42,383 nucleotides of DNA from Catajapyx aquilonaris (Eukaryota). Location: the NCBI GenBank assembly GCA_000934665.2, contig JYFJ02000159.1:124001-166383 (forward strand), read 5' to 3'. Shown in pieces: positions 1-11,362 of this stretch. A model generated the notes under the pieces. It worked only from the letters and a program-made list of their open reading frames with translations. It had not been told where the DNA came from and ran no database searches. A program made the translations under genes and the position numbers. Every line of letters begins with the position of its first letter. The stretch's first letter is position 1.

Positions 1-451
1 ATCAAGGTTTTACTGTAATTTGTTTTGTGGTCAACACCTCAAGTATCAATCACTTCATTGAGCCTCGGTATCATAAGTGAGAAAATGTACCCAATTAATT
101 TGGGCACAGGAAATGACAACAAATAAAATCTGCAGTGCGTACACCTTTTGTTTACATATCTTTTGCTTCACTACATATAAATTTACTAGACTAGCTAATC
201 TTGGTGGCCCTTGAAAGAGATACGCCACAAAACTAGAGTACTTTTTCATAATCAAAACATGTTTGTCATCACTGAAGGTTATGAATATCAAAATATGGCT
301 CCTGCCAAAACGAGAATGCATATTGACATTTTCGTTACAGGCCTTGAACATAATGTAAAATGTGCAACCCTTCATTTTTTTAAACTTCAAACTTGACATT
401 CTCTGTACTTTCCTAATCCGTATGAAACACCTGAGACGCAGCTGCACTCAC

Positions 452-563
452 ATTTAGAAGGGGGAACCGTGTGTATCAGAACGGCATGGTCCTGCGGGGT
501 CTCATCACTGTTGTCCTCCTCCTGGGACTGCAGGGGCTGGTACGAGGTGGACAGTGGTTCCAT
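452..563 (-). CDS. ATG9: Autophagy-related protein 9, first coding exon (gene continues beyond the window start)
   Basis: Minus strand: ATG at 563 reads MEPLSTSYQPLQSQEEDNSDETPQDHAVLIHTVPPSK, then a GTGAGT donor at 451. This matches the metazoan ATG9 N-terminal pattern as I recall it (YQxL, acidic stretch, 'xxHV...SK' just before W-x-H-x-E-x-LD). Exon acceptor ttccttttttcccccaacag ends at 616; upstream 5'UTR donor GTAAG at 754. Absent from the ORF track. Only 37 codons are visible. Confidence 0.75.
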
Positions 564-615
564 CTTCCTTCTCTGCTCTCTCTCTCCGACCCAAACACCA
601 TGCTACACTCCGCTT

Positions 616-1150
616 CTGTTGGGGGAAAAAAGGAACACCAAAACCCAAGTGAATTCAAAATTCAAAAACTCATCCCCGTTCAACCTGCTCTGAACACCTC
701 CCTTCCTCTGGTCCGTCATGCGTACCCTTCGTGGCCAGAAACACGTCGTCTTACCTTTTAGCACCACATGATGACAAAGGAGCCCAGCTGAGGCCCTTTA
801 TTTCACCTAGGCCTAGTCTCCCTTTCCAGCCCTGGTTTTTCCCATTTAAGTCCCTTTGTTCCCTAGCCCCGACCTGTGCAGCTCACCTCTGCCCACGGGC
901 GTCCCTCCTCCTCCTCCTCCTTTCTTTCTTCCTTCTAGTCCAGGATCATCCCCTCCTGCTGCCCCCGACCCCTCCCAACGACCTCTCTTTTCTGCTGCGC
1001 CGTCAAAACATCGTCATCCCTCCATACATGTCCCATCACTCTAATCACGTCGCCGTCTAGTCAAATCGCCGCTACTTGCAAAAGCAATCGCGGCTACTCC
1101 CCAACAAATCGCAATGGATAGAAAGGGCTAATGCAGAAAATCGCGCTTAA
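616..1150 (-). promoter_or_regulatory. Probable ATG9 5'UTR intron (754-616), non-coding first exon and GC/CpG-rich promoter
   Basis: Canonical minus-strand donor (754) and acceptor (616). GC- and CpG-rich segment around 700-1260, with four AATCGC motifs at 1064, 1086, 1107 and 1139. The TSS cannot be determined. Confidence 0.45.
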
Positions 1151-2203
1151 TTCCGTCGATCAGTGTTTGGTTCCATTACGGTTCTGAAAGTCGCGGACGG
1201 AGTGATGCGGTGGTGCCAACTGAACCGGAGGCGGACCTAACAAAGGACTGGTTTTAAGGACGGGGATTAAACTGGGCATGTCCAATCCATAGGAATATTA
1301 GGGTCGACAATCATGCGGGTTTTTAAACTGGGATTGAGCTGATATTAGGCAGGAAAGGGTTCAGATTCGGATATGAAGGTTGGATCAGCTGATTGGTGGA
1401 TTGGTATGAGTGATACCCCCTTTTTTTGTATGTAGCATAGGGGGAATAACAACTTGCGCAAATAAAAACATGCACAAAAAAAAGTGAGATGCGTTCTCTT
1501 ATCTGGTCGTACGATATACACTTCCCAGATGGAATATAATGCGTACTGTGCAGCAAGTTCCTCGTAATGTTTTATGAGTGGAGCTACCATTATTATGCAA
1601 TTTATTTTAGTTGAACTTCACGCGTAGGCCGCGCCCACTGGGGGGTGACGTCACTCGGTACAAAATAGTGCATCGTCATGACATGACATGATCAGGAAAA
1701 GTGCGATACTGTATAGACTTGAATTATTACGATGTGCCTTAGTTTGTAAACGGCGCCATCATAATGAACTTCATAATAATTTCAATTACGAAGGTGACAT
1801 TTCCTTTTTGTAAACTAGCCCAAAACATATAATGAGAGAAAAAATTGACTTGCAGCAAAAAGCAATTTAATTGGTGCCACCAATTTTTTTTGGCGCAATA
1901 AAAAAAGCAACAAACCATTTCAGCTTTCCTCCCCAGTCCCCAATAAAATATTTTATTGCCTTCATTACTAGTGCTCAATCATTTTGGTCGGGTAGCAAAA
2001 TTATTTTGGTCTCGACAAAATAACATATTTCGGCTGCATTTTTTTTACAAGGAAGATTTTTTTTTTTGTCTGAAATAACTGCTGCGACAAAGATCATCGA
2101 CCCGAATGAATCCAAACGGGAAAATACAGAGTGTGCGGGCTTTATTCCCTAAGATAATTTTCAGATAGATGCGATAGGAACACAAAAAATACTTCAGGAT
2201 AAT

Positions 2204-2497
2204 TCAGTGCGTCGCTTGCAGGTGCCAGCGGATCTGGGCGAGAAGAGTAGTTGTTAATTGGACCAGCGTCCTCATAATAATTGGGTAAAAAAATACTATA
2301 TTATTAAATCCGAACCACTGGGTTCCATTCACATTTTTAAAAACCTGCCCATAAATAATTGTGAATTATTTTTTTCTGCTATAGATGACTTTTGTTGAGG
2401 TAGACTATATGGCCAAGGCAAAATACTGAGCCACTTTTTACATACGTATATATGTATTAATAGTGTTTTTTTTTTATGTAGAAAGGAAGAATTTACA
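2204..2497 (+). promoter_or_regulatory. Putative initiator and 5'UTR exon/intron of SLC23 copy 1
   Basis: TCAGT Inr-like motif at 2204-2208, GTAAAA donor at 2285, T-rich acceptor ending AG at 2481, ATG at 2498. Copy 2 has the same layout. Confidence 0.35.
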
Positions 2498-5400
2498 ATG
2501 GAAAATCCTGCATTAATTCCCGACACTATTGCTCCGGAGGTAAGTCATTCATTCATTATCCAGCCCTGCCTTATTAGGATTAGAGTGCTAAAGCTTTGTC
2601 ACCTGCGTGCAAACCGCAAAAGCAACTGTACACAATACAATTAGCGAAATGTAACGTTGTTTAGCTAGCACAGAGGCCACTTACCGGAATGTACTGGTTT
2701 GGTATGACCGTGTGCGAAATATTAGTTAGCTATCCACTGGCACACATGGCCATTTTTGAGTCCCAGCATCGTATGTCTGGCACGACAACAACATTAGCCT
2801 ACTTTTTATCACAAAATATTGTGATAAGATTGCGAAACAATTTGAACTAGTTTTATTGACCTATCTGGTTATACAACGCAATATTCACTTAGCAACTTGC
2901 TGCTCTCATACATCGTAAATAGCAGACGGTATTCTCATGCGGATTGTTCATCGATTTGGAATGAGTTACGTATGACAATAACTCGTAATAAATATTCATC
3001 ATAATAGGCATGATAATGGGATAATCCTCGTCATCCTTTGCTTTCTGATTACTCAGACATTATTTTCAGCAAGAAGAAAACATCACTAGAGCAAATGTAG
3101 ACGTCAACTGCCAGGAAATAGAAACATCAGAAGGATCAAACACACATGAGACTTGGAATAAGCTTCTGTACACGGTGACTGAGGTGCCACCTTGGTATCT
3201 CACAATAATTCTAGCCTTTCAGGTATGGTACTTTGTAATAGTTTTGGTGTGGTGAGTCATTGACATTTCGATTACTTTATACCCAGCATATCTTAACCAT
3301 GATGGGATCAACAATCGCCTATCCTTTCGTGCTGGCTCCTGCTCTGTGCATGTCTGAAGATGACCCTGCAAGAGGAGAGCTCCTGTGCTCGATACTTTTC
3401 GCCAGTGGCATCATCACATTCTTGCAGACCACTTTTGGAGTCAGGTTACAACAATAATATTCCTCTTCATATATGTTTCATGTTTTCATGATCATGTTAA
3501 TCAGTATAACACTGCCGATCCTCCCATAACTTATTGTGCTCATTGCACTTCCCAGGTTACCAATAGTTCAGGGCGGAAGCTACGCGTTTGTCATCCCGGT
3601 TCTGGCGATTCTTGCGTTGCCCGAGTGGCAATGTCCAAAAGACATAGACAAGATGGATAAGAAGAGCCGCGATCAGCTGTGGATGGACAGGACAGTGGTC
3701 ATGCAGGGTTCTCTTGCAGTCGCTTCTGTGGTGCAACTAATCATAGGCGCATTTGGTAATTAAATAGAGTACGGTACACCATGAATCGGCTGCCTTTTTG
3801 TGTACCCAAATGCAGGTATGGTAGGTGCTATACTTCGCTTCATGACTCCTTTGACCGTGGCTCCTGTCATAACCATGGTGGGTCTCACATTCTTCCCGAA
3901 AGCCAGCTCCATGATGGCCGAAAACTGGCCCGTCTCTCTCACGTGAGTTGGTGCCAATTACCGATTGAGCCTTTGCCTGAATACATTAATGTGCAGGACT
4001 CTTGTGCTGGTGACACTCTCATCGCAGTACCTTCCGAACGTGGGAATCCCTCTTCCCTACCCCAGAGAAAGGCCAAGAAGTCGGTTTTATATCTTCAAGT
4101 TCTTCCCTGTATGGTATTGACATATTTCTCATATTAATCAGTGTTGTAAGTGCTTTTCTGTACAGGTGCTGTTATCAATTCTAACCATGTGGCTAGTGTG
4201 CGCATTGCTGACCATCTCTGGTGTCTTGCCAACCGACAGCCTCATTCGCACAGACAGGGCCACTTCGCTTATACAGCAATCTCCTTGGTTTCGCGTACCA
4301 TACCCAGGTACACCCATCCTTCAGCAGCATACGACGTTGCAAATTTCTCGCAAATTTTTTTCTGGCATTGGTAGGTCAGTGGGGACTTCCTGTAGTCAGC
4401 ATTAGTGCTGTGGTGGGCTTATGGTCTGGAACTATCGCAGCCACTGTTGAATCTGTTGGCGACTACTTCGCATGTGCTCGGCTTGCGGGTAAACACTGAC
4501 TTGTTCGAGATGTGCAATGTTTCTTCTTCAGGGTATTAAGCTCTATAGTGCAATTTGCCGCAACCAATTGCAGGGGCACCAGCACCTCCTGTACATGCTA
4601 TCAACAGGGGAATTTTGGTGGAAGGTTTCGGATGCATCCTGGCTGGAGTATGGGGTTGCATCATTGGAACTACCAGCTACGGTGAAAACATCGGAGCCAT
4701 CGGTATTACCAAAGTGAGTGTGCATCTGCTGTCCTCGTCTTCACTCTGGGTAATCGTCTTGATTGCTCCGCAGGTTGGTAGCCGTCGAGTAGTACAGGTT
4801 GCTGGTGTTCTTATGGTGATTCTCGGGACATTTAACAAGCTGGGTGCAGTCTTTGCCACTATTCCAGAGCCAATTATTGGAGGAATGTTTTGCGCATCTT
4901 TCGGCGTAATTACTACTGTAGGTTAGTGTCAACTACAGTGTTAGATGAGGCACTGAAAAAATGACCTGACATTCTACCACATTCTTTCAGGCATTTCAAA
5001 TCTTCAGTACGTGGATCTGAATTCTTCGAGAAATATGTACGTGTTTGGAGTGTCCATTATGTTAGGACTGGTGGTTCCCCAATGGATTGCCGGAAATCCT
5101 GATGCTGTAAAAACCGGATATGAAACGTTGGACCAAATTCTTATCATACTAATGAGCACTGGGATGCTGATATCTGGTATCGCTGGTTTTTTTCTGGACA
5201 ACACCATTCCAGGTGTGCTTCGCAACGTTAAGCAATGCATGAATAAGAGATTAAATATAAACTCAGATTAACGCAGCATATTTTAATACCTATGTACAGG
5301 TACAGCCAAGGAGAGAGGTGCGCTGTACTTGTCCGAGTCAAATGAGGAGACGAAAAGGAATTGTGCTGAAACTGAAAGTTACAATTTGCCGTTTGGAATG

Positions 5401-5606
5401 GACTATATTAACAGGTACTGTGGATATGGAAATGTTGTTATTATGTTTGTTGCAGAACAGGATGATCGGCAATTTTACATGTCTGTTTCACCATTTACAG
5501 CCATACGTGGACGCAGTTTGTGCCATTATTTCCGGGATACAGAGGATGGCGACATTGCTTCAAAAACTTAAAATGTAAAGTGACAGAGGATGACACAGGT
5601 TTATAA
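2498..5606 (+). CDS. SLC23A-like: SLC23/NAT family nucleobase-ascorbate transporter, copy 1 (13 coding exons, 592 aa)
   Basis: Exons 2498-2539, 3070-3222, 3287-3444, 3556-3755, 3816-3942, 3997-4108, 4166-4307, 4375-4488, 4574-4713, 4774-4921, 4991-5212, 5300-5414, 5501-5606. All introns are GT-AG; 1779 nt, open frame. Motifs: [45 protein letters not shown] signature [44 protein letters not shown]. Ends DTGL*. AATAAA at 5665. Confidence 0.95.
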
Positions 5607-6426
5607 GTTATTAATGACAGTATCGCCTTTTTGTATATATAAGTTACATCAATGAAAATGGAAAAATAAATTTTTATTAATTGTGATGTCCAGAAATGAA
5701 ACTTTTTACTTGTGCTTTACTTATAAGAGTGAAATACTCAATTCACCTTTGCTCTATTTTCAAGTAGATATATTTGACAATTTAATTTAGGCTAAAAAAC
5801 ATATTAGTCTACTATAGACTTTTACATGCTTCATTTCTGAATCTCGTGTTCCTAAAACTGATTTGTTATGTTCTGGCAAAATAAACATTTCGAAACGTCA
5901 TCAAAAATGCCTGACGTGTTTTATAAAGCTACAGATTGGGCCATTACTTTTTCATATATTACAGCAATTATTTGAATTTTGTACGTAGCCTACACTGATG
6001 TACGAGCAGAGGATGCTATACATATTGTAGAACTAATAATTAATTCGACCACATTTCTGGGATGATCAAGCAATGGCGAAGTCCTTAATTTGAAAACAAT
6101 AAAGAGTATACAATATTTTAGCTATAGTGTCAAATGTTACGGAACAAAGCAGGTGTTACCAACCTCTCGTACAATACATAATTAATCATATACATATACA
6201 TATTATTATAATATACATATTAATCGTTCCAAGATTATAATCGTGATAAGAATAGATCAATAGAATAATGCACAAAGTCTTTGCACGTCTGTAAGCCATT
6301 CCCTTTAGTTATATGGTATTTGCTAACTGCTTCATGAATCCATTCATAATATTATAATTAAGTAGCACAGGCGGATAAGTGCTTAAGGTTGCTGGCCATC
6401 AAACCATATTACGATACTCTTCCGCG

Positions 6427-6799
6427 TCAGTGTTTTGTAGTCTGAGAGCAGAATAAGAAGGAACTGTCTGTCACAAGTAGTTTGTTTGATACTATGTGTA
6501 GTATTAACAAAGTCTGACTCTATACACTTCTACGGGTTCTTATTTTTCGCATTGACTGTAAGTAACATATTTTAACTTACATGTGTAGGCATATGTGTCA
6601 CAACAGCTCTTGTGTATAGATAGTACAAGTTAATTTGACGTATTTATTTAGCTGCTACATCTATATTGTATACAGTATTTACATGTAAGAGAAATAATTG
6701 ATTTTCAGTGCACTGCATTTATCTGTAACTTTATATTTTGTTTTAAGAGCTTTGAGAACGACCTCAATATTGTCTTTTCCGTTCCTGTAGTGAAACATT
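6427..6799 (+). promoter_or_regulatory. Putative initiator and 5'UTR exon/intron of SLC23 copy 2
   Basis: TCAGT at 6427-6431, strong GTAAGT donor at 6558, acceptor ttttccgttcctgtag ending 6790, ATG at 6800. Confidence 0.4.
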
Positions 6800-9700
6800 A
6801 TGGAGAATTCCACTTGCAGTCATAACTTGGAGGTAAGTGTGCAACTAAGAATCAAAGTAATGTGTCTGACCACTGTTATTCGACCTGGGACTAAAATTCA
6901 TCAATTTTTATCGTTTTTGACAAATCATGCGGAAGTGCAAGTAAGGAAAGTCGTATTATTCACACTTAGGGAGTTGACGGGCCCATATCTTGCATCCGCA
7001 TCCCAGAAGACGCACTGAAGAAGAAAGAATCTCAGGCACAAATAATAAAGTTTTTGCGATTCACACTGGATGACATACCACCTTGGCCTATGACCATTTT
7101 GCTTGGCTTTCAGGTAAGTTTCAACACATTGGCGTGCATAAGTTAACGAGAATTTCCTGTAAATCAGTACAATGTACAACAAACGCACAAATTGTAGGCA
7201 TTGTATAAAGAGTTGTAAACTCAGTGTATCGTAATGCAACGTATGTATCCTCTGTAGATGTTCTTAGCAATGATGGTCAGCACCATTTCGGCGCCTTTCG
7301 TGTTGGCCCCTACATTGTGCATGGCTGAGGATGACCCTGCCAGAGGATACCTCCTTTGCTCGATCCTCTTCAGCAGTGGCATTGCAACCACTCTACAAAG
7401 CACGTTGGGAAACAGGTACAACCTCGTACAACCACTTCTTAGCATACTTTTAACGTCACCTGTTGTCTTCGTAATTCAGGTTGCCGCTAGTTCAGGACGG
7501 AAACACAGCTATTATAATCCCGATCTTAACTATCATGGCTCTTCCGGAATGGAAGTGCCCCGCAGATTTAGACAGTCTTGATCAAGGCACCAGAGATAAG
7601 CTATGGATGGAGAGAACTGCTCTCATGCAAGGATCTCTGGCTGTGGCTTCCCTTGTGCAAGTTTTCATCGGGGCTTTTGGTAAGAACAGTCCAAGGGGGG
7701 GGGGGGGGGNGGGGAACTACTTGGTTAATAATTTACGGGACTGATTAATTAGAATCTATACGTACATACTAATCTAGATTTATAAAGTTGTTTTTCCTTA
7801 ACAACAAACCTATATAACCGCCTCTAGTCAGCTCATATGCCTTTGTCCTTTAATATGCAGGAGTGGCAGGGTCCATCCTGCATTTCATATCGCCGCTGAC
7901 AGTGGCACCCGTCATCACTGTGATGGGCCTCACTTTGTTCCTCAGGGTGACTGTGATGATGGCCAAAAATTGGGCAGTTTCCATTGTGTAAGTCTGATAG
8001 TGTGCAGGCCGCATGCAACTCTCAACGTCATTATCATCGTGCAGTATGGTTAATCTATTTATTAATTCCATCCTCATTGGAAATCACATATGAAAGTGTA
8101 AAAAATCCGCGACTACGTTTTTTCCAATCAAAAGTACAACATGTAAAAGTTGTATTCAATATTCCCAACTGAAACTGGCCTCGTTCAAAAGTTGCATGCG
8201 ATAAAAGAGATGTTTACTCATGCAATTAAAGCGGTTCTATCTCCTCGTCGTTATAGGGCTCTCGTGTTGGTGACGCTTTCCGCCCAATATCTTGAAAACA
8301 TAGGAATTCCCATGCCTAACTTCTCTGCAAATAAACAGAAGAGAAGTAAATTCTACTTGTTCAAGTTCTTTCCGGTAACTTATTGTTATTTAAAATCAAT
8401 TCTCTAATGACTTGAACCTAAGATGAACTGCGCAAGTAATTCATTTCAAATCCTTTCAGTTCCTATTGGCTATGATGCTGACATGGACCATCTGCGGTCT
8501 TATGACTGTATTTGACATTTTGCCTTCTGATAACCACGCGCGTACTGATCGCACAACATCTCTTATTAACCATTCTCCGTGGTTCCGTATACCATATCCA
8601 GGTAAGTCCTTACCTGCAACCACCTGACCTTATATTTTGCACTTTTCGTCGCTTGCGGGCTAACATTAAACTGTGTGTATGTAAGGATAGACAACTTCTC
8701 TAAATTCAACCCTCGCTTTTCAAAGGTGAGTGGGGGATTCCTACTGTCAGTGCAAGTGCAGTGATTGGCTTCTTGGCCGGAAGCGTCGCCTACTCTGTCG
8801 AATCTATTGGTAACTACTACACTTCAGCCAGAATTTCAGGTATGCCGATTCGCATTATGCTTGGTTCAGAGTGTACGACTTGTGCCATGTCCACAGGAGC
8901 TCCTCCACCGCCAGTGCATGCGATCAACCGAGGCTTGATGGTGGAAGGCCTGGGTTGTGGCATGTCCGGTCTATTCGGAGGACTCAGTGGTACTACCAGT
9001 GCTTGCATCAGCCTTGGCACCATCAGCATTACCAAAGTACAGTGATGTACAGCAATGTAATGTAATCAGTAGCTTACTTTTGATTTGTTTCATTTACGTG
9101 CGCAGGTGGGAAGCCGTCGAGTGATTCAGGTTGCAGGTGTCATTATGGTGTTCTTTGGAACATTCAGCAAACTGGGTGCTGTCTTTTCCACTATCCCAGA
9201 GCCAATTATCGGAGGAATCCTATGCGCCACCATTGGAGTAGCTGCCTCCATAGGTACTGTGCACGTGCTGTACTATCGGTCAAACATTATTTTTGGAAAA
9301 GTACTTATTCGCTTTACTCTCTTGACATTGCAGTTGTCTGGTTTCAGACCTTATAGCAAAATATATCGAGATTTTTTGGCAATTTTGCATTATGTCACGG
9401 AGAAACACTATACGTCTCAATACACTATTTCTTTAGGTGTATCAAACCTCCAGTATGTGGAAATAAACTCTTCGCGGAACCTCTTCATATTTGGAGTGAG
9501 CCTAATGGTTGGCTTGGTGGTTCCGCACTGGGCAATCGAAAACGCCGGAGCCATTAAAACTGGCTACACAGAGTTGGACACCACTCTGACCATTTTGGTC
9601 AGCAACGGCATGCTGATATCTGGACTTCTTGGAGTGACGCTGGACAACACTATTCCAGGCGAGTGACTGCCATTGCGAACATTTTATCTGGGGGTGATCC

Positions 9701-9974
9701 CGGTTATCCAATTCTGTCAATCATTTCAGGAACTGCAAAAGAAAGAGGAGTCGAAAGATTTCAAAGGCCGACTCATGCTACTGCAGATAATTCGTCTCTC
9801 GGGAGCTACGACCTGCCATTTGGGATGAAATACATCAAAAGGTGACACTCATTTTTTGCTGTGCTAGTACAGCCAGAGTCACATTTGTAAATTATTTTCT
9901 ATAGGCACAAGTGGACTCGATATGTTCCGATTCTTCCTGGATTTCAAGGCTGGAGCGCTTTGTTCAGAAGATGA
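6800..9974 (+). CDS. SLC23A-like: SLC23/NAT family transporter, copy 2, divergent substrate pocket (13 coding exons, 575 aa)
   Basis: Exons 6800-6832, 6970-7113, 7258-7415, 7480-7679, 7861-7987, 8257-8374, 8460-8601, 8726-8839, 8897-9036, 9106-9253, 9437-9658, 9730-9841, 9905-9974. 1728 nt, open frame. Core exon lengths (158, 200, 127, 142, 114, 140, 148, 222) are identical to copy 1. Intron 9659-9729 is GC-AG. Scaffold motifs are kept (PPW, PWFRIPYPG, HAINRG, VGSRR, NSSRN, LDNTIPG, YDLPFGM); the signature is altered to TTSACISLGTISITK. Confidence 0.92.
7695..7714. repeat. Poly-G tract containing an ambiguous base (n at 7710)
   Basis: G15-n-G4 in intron 4 of copy 2. True length is uncertain and this may be an assembly join. 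Confidence 0.9.
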
Positions 9975-10189
9975 CCGTGCTGTGCCACGCAACAATGCTG
10001 GAACAACTCTAACAACTATCTATGGCCGTCAACATTTGGAAGGCTAAATTGCAATGTGAAAAATTCCATGTAACTTGAGCATAAAGCATATCAGTCTCAT
10101 CATAACACTAGACACTAGAGATATTTTGACATAAATTGCTAAATACGTAACCTTGCAGATTTGAGTGAACTCAGTTTCAGTGCTGGCTG

Positions 10190-10530
10190 TGTTTCCACCA
10201 AATTCTCCCACGTAATGTCGAGAATGGCTTCCGAACCCGATCCTGGCATCCACAATCTCTGTAAGATAAACTGTGAGTAAGGGGGGGCCAAGAAAGGCCA
10301 AGGCCAGATGAGTGTCAGGTAGCAGAGTCTGCGCCGGTCTGCGTCTGAAAACAATGAATTGACAGGGTCCAAGGAAGCATGTGACACAAGCAGTCAAGTG
10401 CAGAAAATGGAAGGAAGTGGTCGTGCTGGAATCAGGCCCGGGAGTCAAAGCTATCCGGCTATTGTTGAAGCCGTGGCTCTGATCCAGTGTCAAGGGCAAG
10501 GTCAAGGGGCTCACTATCAACACCCAGAAG
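10190..10530 (-). mobile_element. Decayed non-LTR retrotransposon (LINE) reverse transcriptase fragment
   Basis: Minus ORF 10044-10553 contains LTLDQSHGFN...SFHF...FLGPPLLTVYLTEIV...HYVGE. The spacing resembles RT motifs LDxSKAFD...LGPLLFxxYxxD...YADD, with catalytic residues lost. Boundaries are approximate. Confidence 0.5.
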
Positions 10531-11134
10531 TAGGTAAATGACTGTCCGAACACAGGTGAAGCCGACCGGACACAGTCAGGTAGAAATTATTGTTTGGTGT
10601 CTTCGCTTGCAGTCCAGTGTGATGGTGATCCTATCTGTAAAACTTGGTATGACCTAAATCTGAATTGCGATGGTGGTTGAAAGTTATGTGCCGCTGATTG
10701 CCGGGGAAAAACCGCAGCAGACTGATTCTCAAGAGCCGCTTTGTTGCCGTCTGAAAAGTCCCCAATTCGTGACTTCTGCTAACCCTAACAAGCATGGAAC
10801 ATTTGGGAAAAACATACCGTAAGGAAGGTGATGATTTTTCTTCTTTACCAAAACGAGTTGACGTGTGCAAATGGAATGCGGCGGCAACAACACAGAACGG
10901 CAGTGGTGGTTGGCTGCGTCGAATTGTTTCACATGGCGAGTGAGAGTAAGCCAGGCACGAATAAAATTATTGAGGGTACTAGTAGTACACAATCATGCAT
11001 TATGAGTTTACATGGTGTTCTGCTGTTCCAGTATAAAAATAGTTTTAAAACGTTTTCTCCCAAGCAAAAAACGAAATACCAAGTACAATCAGTCATGCAC
11101 ATTCACATGTAACAAAACCACGCACTAATTATAG

Positions 11135-11362
11135 CAGTGGTTTCCAACCAGGGGGTCGCGGGCAGGGTGTCGGGGGGATCGCGAGCCTTGGTTAAACTTT
11201 TTTTGGGTGCAATTTCCGTGTCTATTGAACAATTTTTGCGGCCGTACAGAGGGTACGTTTTCTGGAAAGGGGGCAGTTGTAGGTGGGGCCGGGGGGGGGG
11301 GGCACATTAATGGAAACATGTCAGTTTAGGGGGTCGCAGTTGGTAAAGGTTGGAAACCACTG
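11135..11362. mobile_element. hAT-type non-autonomous DNA transposon (MITE), 228 bp
   Basis: Perfect 15-bp TIRs CAGTGGTTTCCAACC (11135-11149) / GGTTGGAAACCACTG (11348-11362). Perfect 8-bp TSD AATTATAG (11127-11134 and 11363-11370). Subterminal GGGGTCGC motifs. Confidence 0.93.

Noticed and set aside
471..1060. Plus-strand ORFs 471-761 (signal-peptide-like) and 731-1060 / 856-1044 (Leu/Pro-rich)
   Set aside because: They are antisense to the ATG9 exon and its CT-rich 5' region. The composition follows from low-complexity DNA, and there is no splice or family support.
4714..9436. Stop-free in-frame introns (4714-4773, 8840-8896, 9254-9436) that make ORFs run through
   Set aside because: Each has canonical splice sites at positions shared with the paralogs. 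Retention would insert sequence into the transporter core, and short 3n introns without stops occur by chance.
6800..9974. Copy 2 as a pseudogene
   Set aside because: No frameshift or internal stop across 13 exons, core exon lengths are conserved and the GC donor has a strong context. Expression data are still needed.
10139..10387. BEL/Pao LTR-retrotransposon reading of ILQRLW...W in the alternative frame
   Set aside because: The overlapping frame matches several LINE RT motifs in the right order and no LTRs were seen. The Pao resemblance is a single short motif.
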